A DNA stretch of 64,000 bases from a virus: IMG/VR virus record IMGVR_UViG_3300009159_000035. One strand, given 5' to 3'. Both the position numbers and the translations under genes were made by a program. The notes beneath the pieces were generated by a model. The model had not been told where the DNA came from. It saw only the letters and a list, made by a program, of their open reading frames with translations, and made no database searches. Below are positions 1 through 8,043 of the stretch, piece after piece (positions within the stretch are counted from its first letter, which is position 1; each line of letters begins with the position of its first letter).

Positions 1-140
1 CAAGGCTGGCTAGCCTGGTTGGGTAGAGCCGGGCTGGCTGCTGGTACTCCCTAGATCAGGTACTAATCATGGGCCTGCCCTAGACCCTGGCCTAGTTGTA
101 GCCTAGCTGGCTCTGATAGAAATAGGCTAGCGTGTTGGCC
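1..140. repeat. GC-richer non-coding tract with recurrent CTAG/GGCT/AGCC motifs
   Basis: About six CTAG plus many GGCT/AGCC words in 140 bp of an otherwise AT-rich genome; no ORF in track. Confidence 0.4.
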
Positions 141-347
141 AGTATTTTTTGTTTGTTTATTATAATAATATAGGTAGACAGTAGAGTATTTAAACTTTAG
201 TGGGTAGGGGCGCACTCTGGTCTTTATGACCCCAAATATCCACGGCTAGTCTGGGCTGGATTTAGGTATATTAAGCCTATCAAAGTAGAAACAATGTCTC
301 CCCAGTTTCTTGTTGCCTGCAGGCAAAGGATTTATCAGGAGCAATTT

Positions 348-420
348 AGTTAGGTAGCTTAAGTGGCCAGAGCAATACACTGATAAAGTAAAGATACCCG
401 TTCAAATCGGGTCCTGACTA
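348..420 (+). tRNA. tRNA-Ile(GAU), degenerate anticodon stem
   Basis: Acceptor AGTTAGG/CCTGACT plus A73; D arm GCTT..GAGC; loop CT-GAT-AA with only 3 of 5 stem pairs; T arm ACCCG-TTCAAAT-CGGGT. Confidence 0.65.
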
Positions 421-637
421 CACGTTCCGTAACAGACAACGGATAGTTCAGCTCTGAACGATGAGAAATGGTGTGATGACCATATGGGATTGCTAATAGG
501 ACAAAGTTCTATTCAGATTAACTATCTGCACCAAAAGAGCTTACTAGTTGTGATTAGCTCAGTAGTTTATTCCTAACCTAAGGTAATGCTTGGGGACAGC
601 CACAACACCTGTAAGTTGGATAAAGTAGGGTGTTACA
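421..637 (+). ncRNA. Structured RNA between two tRNA-like elements
   Basis: Successive hairpins TCCGT/ACGGA, GTTCA/TGAAC, ATGGT/ACCAT, AATAGGA/TTCTATT, CAGAT/ATCTG, GTTGTG/CACAAC, CCTAAG/CTTGGG, ACACCT/AGGGTGT. Confidence 0.55.
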
Positions 638-638
638 T

Positions 639-753
639 AGTCAGGTGGCGGAATTGGTAACGCACATTCAACGAGAGTTATGCAGACTCGCCTGTAAAAT
701 CAGTAAGTTGTATGGTGGTATAAATGCCCGTTCGAATCGGGTCCTGACTACCA
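639..753 (+). ncRNA. tRNA-like RNA with anticodon/variable region replaced by a 62-nt insert
   Basis: Perfect acceptor AGTCAGG/CCTGACT-A-CCA; D arm GGCGGAATTGGTAACGC; T arm GCCCG-TTCGAAT-CGGGT; no canonical anticodon arm. Confidence 0.65.
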
Positions 754-762
754 AAAATAGAA

Positions 763-1002
763 ATGATGAAAGCAATACTTGAATTTGACCTGGCTGAGCC
801 TGCTGATGTTGAAGCCCACCTGCGCTGTGTACAGTCCTTGGAGCTGGTGCTCTTTGTACTTAAAATAGAAGAGGAACTTAGGGCTAAACTAAAACACGGC
901 GAGCTCAGTGAATGCGAATGGAAAACCCTTGACCGCTTCAGGGAGTTCTTTTACTTAGAGCTTAATGCACGTGGCCTTAACATTGACAGCTTGGTTAGCT
1001 AG
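763..1002 (+). CDS. hypothetical phage protein
   Basis: 79-aa ORF, MKAILEFDL start typical of small phage proteins. Confidence 0.7.
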   Translation: MMKAILEFDLAEPADVEAHLRCVQSLELVLFVLKIEEELRAKLKHGELSECEWKTLDRFREFFYLELNARGLNIDSLVS

Positions 1003-1028
1003 AGCCCGATTAGGCTATATTAACCTAG

Positions 1029-1035
1029 ATAAATA
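1029..1035 (+). promoter_or_regulatory. T4-late-like promoter ATAAATA (representative copy)
   Basis: Also at 1511, 4385, 5927, 8031, 16043(-), 16080, 16763, 22003, 22632, 23478, 24871, 26405, 40394, 42860, 44491, 45512, 49936, 55028, 59016, 59992, 60423 and 60694, each 5-25 nt before a start codon; resembles T4 gp55 promoter TATAAATA. Confidence 0.75.
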
Positions 1036-1059
1036 ACCTTACAAAAAAAAATTAAACTA

Positions 1060-1443
1060 ATGAAAACAATAATTAAAGGATTTGGACAATTCATAAACGA
1101 AAACCACATGGACGATATGAATGATATGAATGATATGGGTCGTGAAGCAGTTGCAACTGCCTATTCAGGTAACAGTAACGAAGAAATGCTTAGACTTACA
1201 TTTAGTAATAAGCCAGGTAAAGAAATACTAATCAGCCTTGACTCATTAGCTAATGTATTAGATGCAGCAGTACTTGACTCTAATTCAGATGAAGATCAAG
1301 AGGCAATCAATCAGGCACTATGGACTAGAGCACAAGAAATTGCAAAACGTGCAGGCTGTTCTGTATTAATTGACAATGAATCTGACGAAGAAATTGACCT
1401 AACCGGTAGAGCTTCTAATCCAGGCTATTCTGATTTAAGGTAA
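1060..1443 (+). CDS. putative internal head protein (CTS-like leader)
   Basis: MKTIIKGFGQFINE; acidic; late motif upstream. Confidence 0.65.
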   Translation: MKTIIKGFGQFINENHMDDMNDMNDMGREAVATAYSGNSNEEMLRLTFSNKPGKEILISLDSLANVLDAAVLDSNSDEDQEAINQALWTRAQEIAKRAGCSVLIDNESDEEIDLTGRASNPGYSDLR

Positions 1444-1464
1444 TTACCAACACATAACTCTAAT

Positions 1465-1493
1465 AGGACCCTTAGCAATATCGGTCCTTTTTT
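1465..1493 (+). terminator. intrinsic terminator
   Basis: AGGACC..GGTCCT plus T run. Confidence 0.6.
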
Positions 1494-1522
1494 AGGGTAT
1501 ACTAACCTGAATAAATAACCGT

Positions 1523-2029
1523 ATGAAAGCACTAGTTAAAGGGTTTAGGCAGTTTATAAACGAGGAGCTTGACTCATTAGAGTCAGACCGTATTGAAATT
1601 GACCTAATCGCAGAATTGCCTGACCTATTTAGTCGAGCTGCACGAATTGGCAATGAAACTTCAGATGATGAGTATACTCATGATATTACAACTACCCTAA
1701 CCGCAATTAAATACAATACACCTGATGATATTGACCAGCTCAGAGAGTTGGGCCTGGCTCAAGGTGCATGGGAAACTGATCCAGACTGGATAGAGGCACT
1801 GGATGTACTAAATTACATAACTGATAAATTCATAGACGCTTCATTCTATACTGAGCCGGTCAAGATTAAAATTGTTTTTAAAGATCAAGAAAACGAATAT
1901 GGCGGCTATAGTGCACACGGTGGAGGTATGGACCGTACGGCATTTTGTGGAGCTAAAGAATTTAGCAAAGCTGGGGTGCTTGATACGTTTACCAGTTTAT
2001 TACGCTATACTGATATATTTGAATATTAA
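1523..2029 (+). CDS. putative internal head protein (CTS-like leader, LxELGL motif)
   Basis: MKALVKGFRQFINEE; DIDQLRELGL. Confidence 0.65.
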   Translation: MKALVKGFRQFINEELDSLESDRIEIDLIAELPDLFSRAARIGNETSDDEYTHDITTTLTAIKYNTPDDIDQLRELGLAQGAWETDPDWIEALDVLNYITDKFIDASFYTEPVKIKIVFKDQENEYGGYSAHGGGMDRTAFCGAKEFSKAGVLDTFTSLLRYTDIFEY

Positions 2030-2049
2030 TACCAAAATAAAAACAGAGA

Positions 2050-3666
2050 ATGACAAAGTATATTAAACTATTTGAAAATTTTATACCCGAAGCACGCGAA
2101 TCTGATTTAGAAGGTTTGGCTGATCTGGGACTTGGGCCAGCTCAGTTTGAATGGGAGGTAGAATACGATGAGGACATGCAAAATATTGAAAAGTCTGATA
2201 GGCAAGAAATTTATGATTATGAATCCCCAACCGGTGCTCACATTACTAGGGTTAAAGGTGTAATTGAAGCATTTCAAACCCAATTAGACATTTACTTTAG
2301 CAATGAAGATAAAATTCAAATGCATGTTAAATTCTCACAACACCCTGGAGACAAGGGTCGAGCCGCTTTTCAAGTTAAGCATAATAGTAAATGGCACTCA
2401 GTATTTAACCCAATAGTTAGTTATGATAAAGCTGAAGAATGGTTACAGAAATGTGAAGACTCAGGCTCAAGCGTTCAGCCAATATTCTATTATTACGAAG
2501 AGTTTTTAAAAGCCTTATCTAATGATGAAGATTACCAAATTTATTGGACAATGGAAAATCAAGGTTTAAATATTACAACCAATGAAATGATGAAGCCTGA
2601 CTATACTCGACTACAGTTATTCATTAGAGCTTTACGTGATTTACCAATTGACTCAAATATAATACTTAAAATACGCCAACTAATTAATAATCTGATAATT
2701 GATCCTTATCATAATAGGATTTCTATCTTAACTGAAGTAGACCGTGGCTTTTCGGATATTCCAGGTATTAGTGAATTGGTTGCAAAATTTAGCAGACCAC
2801 TTACTGAAGCTCGTGAGATTGAGCCACATGAAGAAGCCGAGTTAGCCAATATGAAAGACACAGTTAATGACATCAATGGCTTAATTGAATTGGGGTTAAT
2901 TGATGATTCAGGTTATCGAAAAGAGATGGTTGCTATCAGTAAAGCCTTTAATAAATTTGTTAAGGGTTTAAACTTAGATCTTAAAGATCAAGCTGATCTT
3001 GACTTGTTAAAATCGCTTGGCGAAAAAGCAGGCCAAGATTCATTAATGGGATTAAGTTTAGCTGGTGGAAAAGCACTCGCCACAAAAGGTTTACATCTGG
3101 TTTCAAGTCCAACTCAATTGGCTAATGGCTCATTGATATTTTCAGTTGATCCAAATTACAGACGTAGCGATGGCTGGGGTATTGGATTTTTTCCTGGCCC
3201 AAAGGTTATTCGGCGTATGACCCCAACACAAATTAATCTTGGGGTTTGGTCAAGAACTTTAGGCTCAATGGATATTGCAATAAAACATTTTAGAGACACC
3301 ACTAGTAATCTGGATTTTTATAATAAAGCCATGTTATGGGCAGCTGACAATATTGATTTTGACCATGCGGTAATGTATCCTGAAAAGCATGTGTGGAAAT
3401 ATTATAAAAAGAAAAAAGAAACCCGGGATAAACGAACTGAATCAGATGACTTACGTGTACAAGCAGACGCAATTATGTCAGAAGTTAAGTTTAGCCCGTG
3501 GCAATCACCAATCGGCCGGCTTGCTGCACTTGAAAAATATATTGAAGCTTGGAAATTAAGACTTAAAGCTGCTCAGCTTGATAATAACGAAAAAGCCATA
3601 ATTGATGCAAAGGACCAAATTGCACATATGGAACTTGATATTGCTAACTCAAAGAACCGCAATTAA
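2050..3666 (+). CDS. putative internal head protein, multi-module
   Basis: MTKYIKLFENFIPEAR; internal LTEAR; two Lx(D/E)LGL motifs. Confidence 0.65.
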   Translation: MTKYIKLFENFIPEARESDLEGLADLGLGPAQFEWEVEYDEDMQNIEKSDRQEIYDYESPTGAHITRVKGVIEAFQTQLDIYFSNEDKIQMHVKFSQHPGDKGRAAFQVKHNSKWHSVFNPIVSYDKAEEWLQKCEDSGSSVQPIFYYYEEFLKALSNDEDYQIYWTMENQGLNITTNEMMKPDYTRLQLFIRALRDLPIDSNIILKIRQLINNLIIDPYHNRISILTEVDRGFSDIPGISELVAKFSRPLTEAREIEPHEEAELANMKDTVNDINGLIELGLIDDSGYRKEMVAISKAFNKFVKGLNLDLKDQADLDLLKSLGEKAGQDSLMGLSLAGGKALATKGLHLVSSPTQLANGSLIFSVDPNYRRSDGWGIGFFPGPKVIRRMTPTQINLGVWSRTLGSMDIAIKHFRDTTSNLDFYNKAMLWAADNIDFDHAVMYPEKHVWKYYKKKKETRDKRTESDDLRVQADAIMSEVKFSPWQSPIGRLAALEKYIEAWKLRLKAAQLDNNEKAIIDAKDQIAHMELDIANSKNRN

Positions 3667-3676
3667 TTTTATATGT

Positions 3677-3702
3677 AAGGCTGGAAATTCCAGCCTTTTT
3701 TT
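3677..3702 (+). terminator. intrinsic terminator
   Basis: AAGGCTGGA-AAT-TCCAGCCTT plus T run. Confidence 0.8.
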
Positions 3703-3733
3703 ATGTGATGATAGTACATTAATTTAAAAACAA

Positions 3734-3952
3734 ATGGAAGCACAAACCAAACCCACTAAAACTCAAATTGCAATTGATCAAGCCAGATTAATAATGGAAA
3801 GCTTTGATGCAGGTGGAGCGCTAACCGTTGGTTATGACCAGTCTACTTATACCTTAACCTCTAATCAAATGTCAACCATTGCTGGAGCTCTGTATTTGGC
3901 AGATTGCGAAATTCAAGACATATTAGACAGACTATCAGTATTAGAGGATTAA
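3734..3952 (+). CDS. hypothetical protein
   Basis: 72-aa ORF. Confidence 0.6.
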   Translation: MEAQTKPTKTQIAIDQARLIMESFDAGGALTVGYDQSTYTLTSNQMSTIAGALYLADCEIQDILDRLSVLED

Positions 3953-3961
3953 TAAACAGAT

Positions 3962-4384
3962 ATGATTGCTGAAAACCGAAAGGCCAAATACGAATATGAA
4001 TTTATTGAGAGGTGGACCGCGGGTATTTCGCTAGTCGGGTCAGAGGTCAAGTCAGTTAAAGCCGGGCACCTTGATTTTACTGGGTCTTGGTGCGAATTAC
4101 GAAATGGAGAATGCTGGATTAGGGAACTGTATATTAAAGAATCAGCTACTGCTTTTAGCCACCAGGATAAACGAGAGAGGCGCTTACTCTTAACTAAAAA
4201 GGAACTAAAGAAGCTGGATAAGCTGATGGACAAGGGCCTCACGATCGTTCCAGTATCAATTCAGGTTAATCCAAAAGGTTTAATTAAGGTATCGATTGCC
4301 TTAGCCAAAGGTAAAAAACTTTGGGACAAGCGCCAAGTTATAAAAAATAGAGATGCTGACCGAGCTTTATTAGTTTCAGGTTAA
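3962..4384 (+). CDS. smpB: SsrA-binding protein SmpB
   Basis: IAENRKAKYEY, AGISLVGSEVKS, RRLLL, GLTIVP, AKGKKLWDKR. Confidence 0.95.
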   Translation: MIAENRKAKYEYEFIERWTAGISLVGSEVKSVKAGHLDFTGSWCELRNGECWIRELYIKESATAFSHQDKRERRLLLTKKELKKLDKLMDKGLTIVPVSIQVNPKGLIKVSIALAKGKKLWDKRQVIKNRDADRALLVSG

Positions 4385-4412
4385 ATAAATAAACCTTGAA
4401 ATAATAACAATT

Positions 4413-5261
4413 ATGAAATATATTAAACTATTTGAATCATTTATTGCAGAAGTTGCAGGTTATAAACTGGTTCCTGGCTCGTCAAAAGTTAAAGGTTGGG
4501 TTGATCAGGGTGGTGGTAGTTGGATGGTTAATTGCACATTAGGTAGAATTTATGTTGCAACAGTTGACACCCCAAATACTAGTAATGTTTCAGTATTTCT
4601 ACCAGCAAATGATCCTGCAATTATAACACAACTTAAAACAGCAGTGAAGGACCTTATTGTAACTGAACCGCCAATTGGCAAACCAAAGAGTATTACACTT
4701 GGTGGTACTACATGGAATTATGAAAAGATGCTTACGTGTATGCTAACTGATGTAACAACAGGCGATCCAATTCTATTATCAATTGCCAATGTATTAAATA
4801 AAGTGCAAACTGCAAATCCGGATCAACCAGCAGAGGCTAATAAACCGGTTACTAACTATACTGGTCTTAAACGTTCAACTACTGTTGATCCTAAAGTTAA
4901 AGAACTACAAACTGCAATTATTAATAGTGGAAATGCTAAGGCTGCTCTAGCACTCACTAAAGTGGGAGGAGCTACTGGAATTTTTGGTATTGAAACATCA
5001 TCGGCCATTGTACTTTTAATAGGTGCTCCTATTGACACAGTTATTGAAGAAATTACACCCGAGATTAATAAAAAACTTGCAGATAAACTATCAGCTGGTA
5101 AAAAATATGCAGCTGATTTCTTTGGTACAGTAGTTGATCCAACTGATCCAACCAAAAGAATTAACATTGCAGATGTAATTTCAAAGCAAAAGACGGAGGA
5201 TGATGCAAAGGCTCTTGCACCGGCTGGTATTACAACAACAACTACAACTAAAAAACCATAA
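4413..5261 (+). CDS. CTS-tagged protein with peptidoglycan-binding-like segment
   Basis: MKYIKLFESFIAE; VKELQTAI..GATGIFGIETSSAI resembles PG_binding_1. Confidence 0.55.
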   Translation: MKYIKLFESFIAEVAGYKLVPGSSKVKGWVDQGGGSWMVNCTLGRIYVATVDTPNTSNVSVFLPANDPAIITQLKTAVKDLIVTEPPIGKPKSITLGGTTWNYEKMLTCMLTDVTTGDPILLSIANVLNKVQTANPDQPAEANKPVTNYTGLKRSTTVDPKVKELQTAIINSGNAKAALALTKVGGATGIFGIETSSAIVLLIGAPIDTVIEEITPEINKKLADKLSAGKKYAADFFGTVVDPTDPTKRINIADVISKQKTEDDAKALAPAGITTTTTTKKP

Positions 5262-5325
5262 GTATTTAATTAAATTAGCCAAATCCTTTAATTAATTGGT
5301 ATTATTTAATTTAATAAACAATGTT

Positions 5326-5523
5326 ATGGAACCTACTTTAAATAAGCGTGAAATTTTTGCAGTTGCTGCAATGCAAGGAATGCTAATGGACCACACCTAT
5401 TCAGTTGAAATTATTCCTGAATTAGCAGTAAAAATTGCAGATAACCTAATTAATCAATTAGATCAAGCCAAGTCAGATACTGATCTTGAATCATTAACCA
5501 ACACATCTCACAATGATGAATAG
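5326..5523 (+). CDS. hypothetical phage protein
   Basis: KREIFAVAAMQGML motif; ATG at 5326 preferred. Confidence 0.6.
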   Translation: MEPTLNKREIFAVAAMQGMLMDHTYSVEIIPELAVKIADNLINQLDQAKSDTDLESLTNTSHNDE

Positions 5524-5719
5524 CCAAATAGTACATGGAATTCTAGAATATTTAATAATTGGAATTGGTTGGGCAATCTTAGTTGAATACTTAGATTCTC
5601 GACAGTCCTCTTCAAAACTAAAAAAGAGTATTACAACTCGGCTTATACTTGTATTGCTTTGGCCAGCTACTGTATTTATAGCAATAGTTAATGTATTAAG
5701 TAATCTAATAAAAAAGTAA
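5513..5719 (+). CDS. small membrane protein
   Basis: two hydrophobic segments. Confidence 0.6.
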   Translation: MMNSQIVHGILEYLIIGIGWAILVEYLDSRQSSSKLKKSITTRLILVLLWPATVFIAIVNVLSNLIKK

Positions 5720-5720
5720 T

Positions 5721-5930
5721 ATGTCAAAATCAATATTAGTACACGATAGATTTAGAACTAATGAATTAAGTGTACAACCAGGCGGATCAACTGTAACTGT
5801 TGAATATGCAGATGGCTCTAATCGATCCTATAATAAAGTTAAAAATCCAAGAGCTTATATTAATTCAATAATTAAAGATGAGACTATCTCTTCAGTAAAA
5901 GTAGACGGTCAACCTTATTGGGCCAGATAA
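5721..5930 (+). CDS. hypothetical protein
   Basis: 69-aa ORF, tightly packed with neighbours. Confidence 0.65.
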   Translation: MSKSILVHDRFRTNELSVQPGGSTVTVEYADGSNRSYNKVKNPRAYINSIIKDETISSVKVDGQPYWAR

Positions 5931-5952
5931 ATAAACTAAAGTTTTTTAATAA

Positions 5953-6549
5953 ATGCAATATCAAATTTTACAAGAGATTTATAAACATAAACCTGACTCA
6001 ATTCATACAGTTGTTAAGTCAGAATTTTTTACAAAATATGATTCATATGACTATGTATGGTCAGGCAATTGTTTTGAATGGTACTATGCACTAGGTAAAG
6101 CACTCCAGCCCAAATCATTTTTAGAAATTGGAGTAAGATTTGGCTTTAGCTTCCTACCAACCATGCTTGGTTCCGATTCATTGGACTATGCATTAGGTTG
6201 GGACCTTGAAACCTATGGTAATAACCAAATTGCACATACTAATATTAAAGAATATTATCCAGGTTCAGCAAACTGGGAAATTAAGCATATTGATTCTCAA
6301 CTAGAGACTGAGTTACCCCAATTCTTTGACCTGATCTCAATTGACGGGTGTCATGATTATGATTGCAAAGTTCACGATCTTAAATTATGTATTGGCAAAA
6401 CCAATTACGTAATATTAGATGACTATGATTATCATAAAGACGTAAGAGACTCAACTGATTTCTTTTTAAAGGAATACGCTGAGCACATTGAGTGGAATGC
6501 ATATATTCCAACATTCAGAGGAAGCCAATTAATTAAATTTAAAGTGTGA
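5953..6549 (+). CDS. class I SAM-dependent methyltransferase (Methyltransf_24-like)
   Basis: FLEIGVRFGFS, FDLISIDGCH, ILDDY. Confidence 0.85.
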   Translation: MQYQILQEIYKHKPDSIHTVVKSEFFTKYDSYDYVWSGNCFEWYYALGKALQPKSFLEIGVRFGFSFLPTMLGSDSLDYALGWDLETYGNNQIAHTNIKEYYPGSANWEIKHIDSQLETELPQFFDLISIDGCHDYDCKVHDLKLCIGKTNYVILDDYDYHKDVRDSTDFFLKEYAEHIEWNAYIPTFRGSQLIKFKV

Positions 6550-7220
6550 GATATTTAGATTTTTTTGAAGATGTATATTATATCAATTTAGATTATCGAA
6601 CAGACCGCCGTCTTTTATTTGAAGATCGGTCACAAGTAGTTGGTATAGAAGCAGTTAGATTTTCAGCAGCTCAACCGGCTGAAGAAGATTGCCCATTACT
6701 ACCTGGATCAGTTGGTGAAACTCGCCGTCGTTTTAAAGTTGGGTGTACAATGTCTCATCAAGGTGTTGTACAATTAGCAAAGTCTAGAGGGTTGGCTAAT
6801 GTATTAATATTTGAAGATGATTGTATATTTGAACCAGAGTTCAAGGAAGAGGCACAAAAATGTGTTGACGAACTTCGGCAAATTGATTGGGATATTCTTT
6901 ATTTTGGCGGAGAGGTTAACAATTATTGTAAATCAATATCTAAAAATTTAGTTACAGTAAATAATGGTGGCGTTTATTGCTGTCATGCATATGCAGTTAA
7001 CGCAAAGTTCTATGATAAGTTTTTAGCAATAAGCCCGCATCACACTGATATTATTGACATTTACTTATTAAATTATCCAGCAAACCAGCGTAACTACATC
7101 TTAAGTCGAAAACTATTAGCTTTGCAGGATCCAATTTTCTCAGATTTAAAAAATGGTCCTAGTGAATTGGCTAATGGCTATATGCTTAATAGCTGGAAAA
7201 AATTTATATCTAATGAATAA
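6546..7220 (+). CDS. glycosyltransferase family 25
   Basis: YYINLDYRTDR, GCTMSH, LIFEDD, HAYAVN. Confidence 0.85.
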   Translation: MRYLDFFEDVYYINLDYRTDRRLLFEDRSQVVGIEAVRFSAAQPAEEDCPLLPGSVGETRRRFKVGCTMSHQGVVQLAKSRGLANVLIFEDDCIFEPEFKEEAQKCVDELRQIDWDILYFGGEVNNYCKSISKNLVTVNNGGVYCCHAYAVNAKFYDKFLAISPHHTDIIDIYLLNYPANQRNYILSRKLLALQDPIFSDLKNGPSELANGYMLNSWKKFISNE

Positions 7221-8019
7221 ACTAAGTTTTGTTTGCACAACCTTTCGTCGATATCGTTGTGTTGAACGTATAATTGAACAATATCTACAACAGGATTATC
7301 GAAATTCAGAATTAATTATTTTTAATACTGACAAAGAAAATCCATTTAATTTGGACCCAAGTCTTGACTATTCAAATATTATTGTAGTTAACAATGAAAT
7401 TGACTATGAGACTCAACTGCCTTACACTAATCGTGGAGCTATTTGCAGAGATGCAGTGACTCATGCAACTGGAGACTATTTTATGCTAGCAGATGACGAT
7501 GACATTTATTTGCCATGGCATTTTAGACAAGCAGTTGAAGGAATTTTAGCAAATGGTAAAGACTCATGGAAACCTGAACAAAGCTTCTTTGCAACTTCAC
7601 ATAAGCTTGAAATGGTTCGCAATACACTGGAGGCATCAGTAATTGTTAAGATGAGCCGAATCAGAGAAATTGGATTTAGAACTGATGCAACTGGGTATGA
7701 AGGTTTAAGTTGGTATACTAAGCTCAGAGATGAGGGCCAATTGGACGAGCATAACCCTGAATACGTTCCATCATACTGCTTTAATTGGTCTGATCCAGCT
7801 GAACTTGCTGGGCATAAGCAGAGCGGAGATATTAATAACCCTAATAATTTTGATAATCATAAGCACAGCTCAAATGATATTTCAAATAAGCCTTTAAATC
7901 GCTGCGGCCTTGCAATTATAACCGAATGTTATTCAAAGTATTATAATTACCTACAATTAAACTCAAAAAGGTTTAATCCTATTATCTGGGATAAATATGT
8001 AAAACAATATATCAGTTAA
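7213..8019 (+). CDS. glycosyltransferase family 2
   Basis: LSFVCTT..QDY..ELII; GDYFMLADDDDIYLP; start moved to MNKLSF. Confidence 0.85.
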   Translation: MNKLSFVCTTFRRYRCVERIIEQYLQQDYRNSELIIFNTDKENPFNLDPSLDYSNIIVVNNEIDYETQLPYTNRGAICRDAVTHATGDYFMLADDDDIYLPWHFRQAVEGILANGKDSWKPEQSFFATSHKLEMVRNTLEASVIVKMSRIREIGFRTDATGYEGLSWYTKLRDEGQLDEHNPEYVPSYCFNWSDPAELAGHKQSGDINNPNNFDNHKHSSNDISNKPLNRCGLAIITECYSKYYNYLQLNSKRFNPIIWDKYVKQYIS

Positions 8020-8043
8020 ATAGTCGACTGATAAATAACATAG

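Noticed and set aside
348-753. Canonical or permuted tmRNA
   Set aside because: No G3-U70 alanine identity pair, no GGGG 5' end and no tag ending in ALAA-like residues; kept only as a non-canonical candidate.
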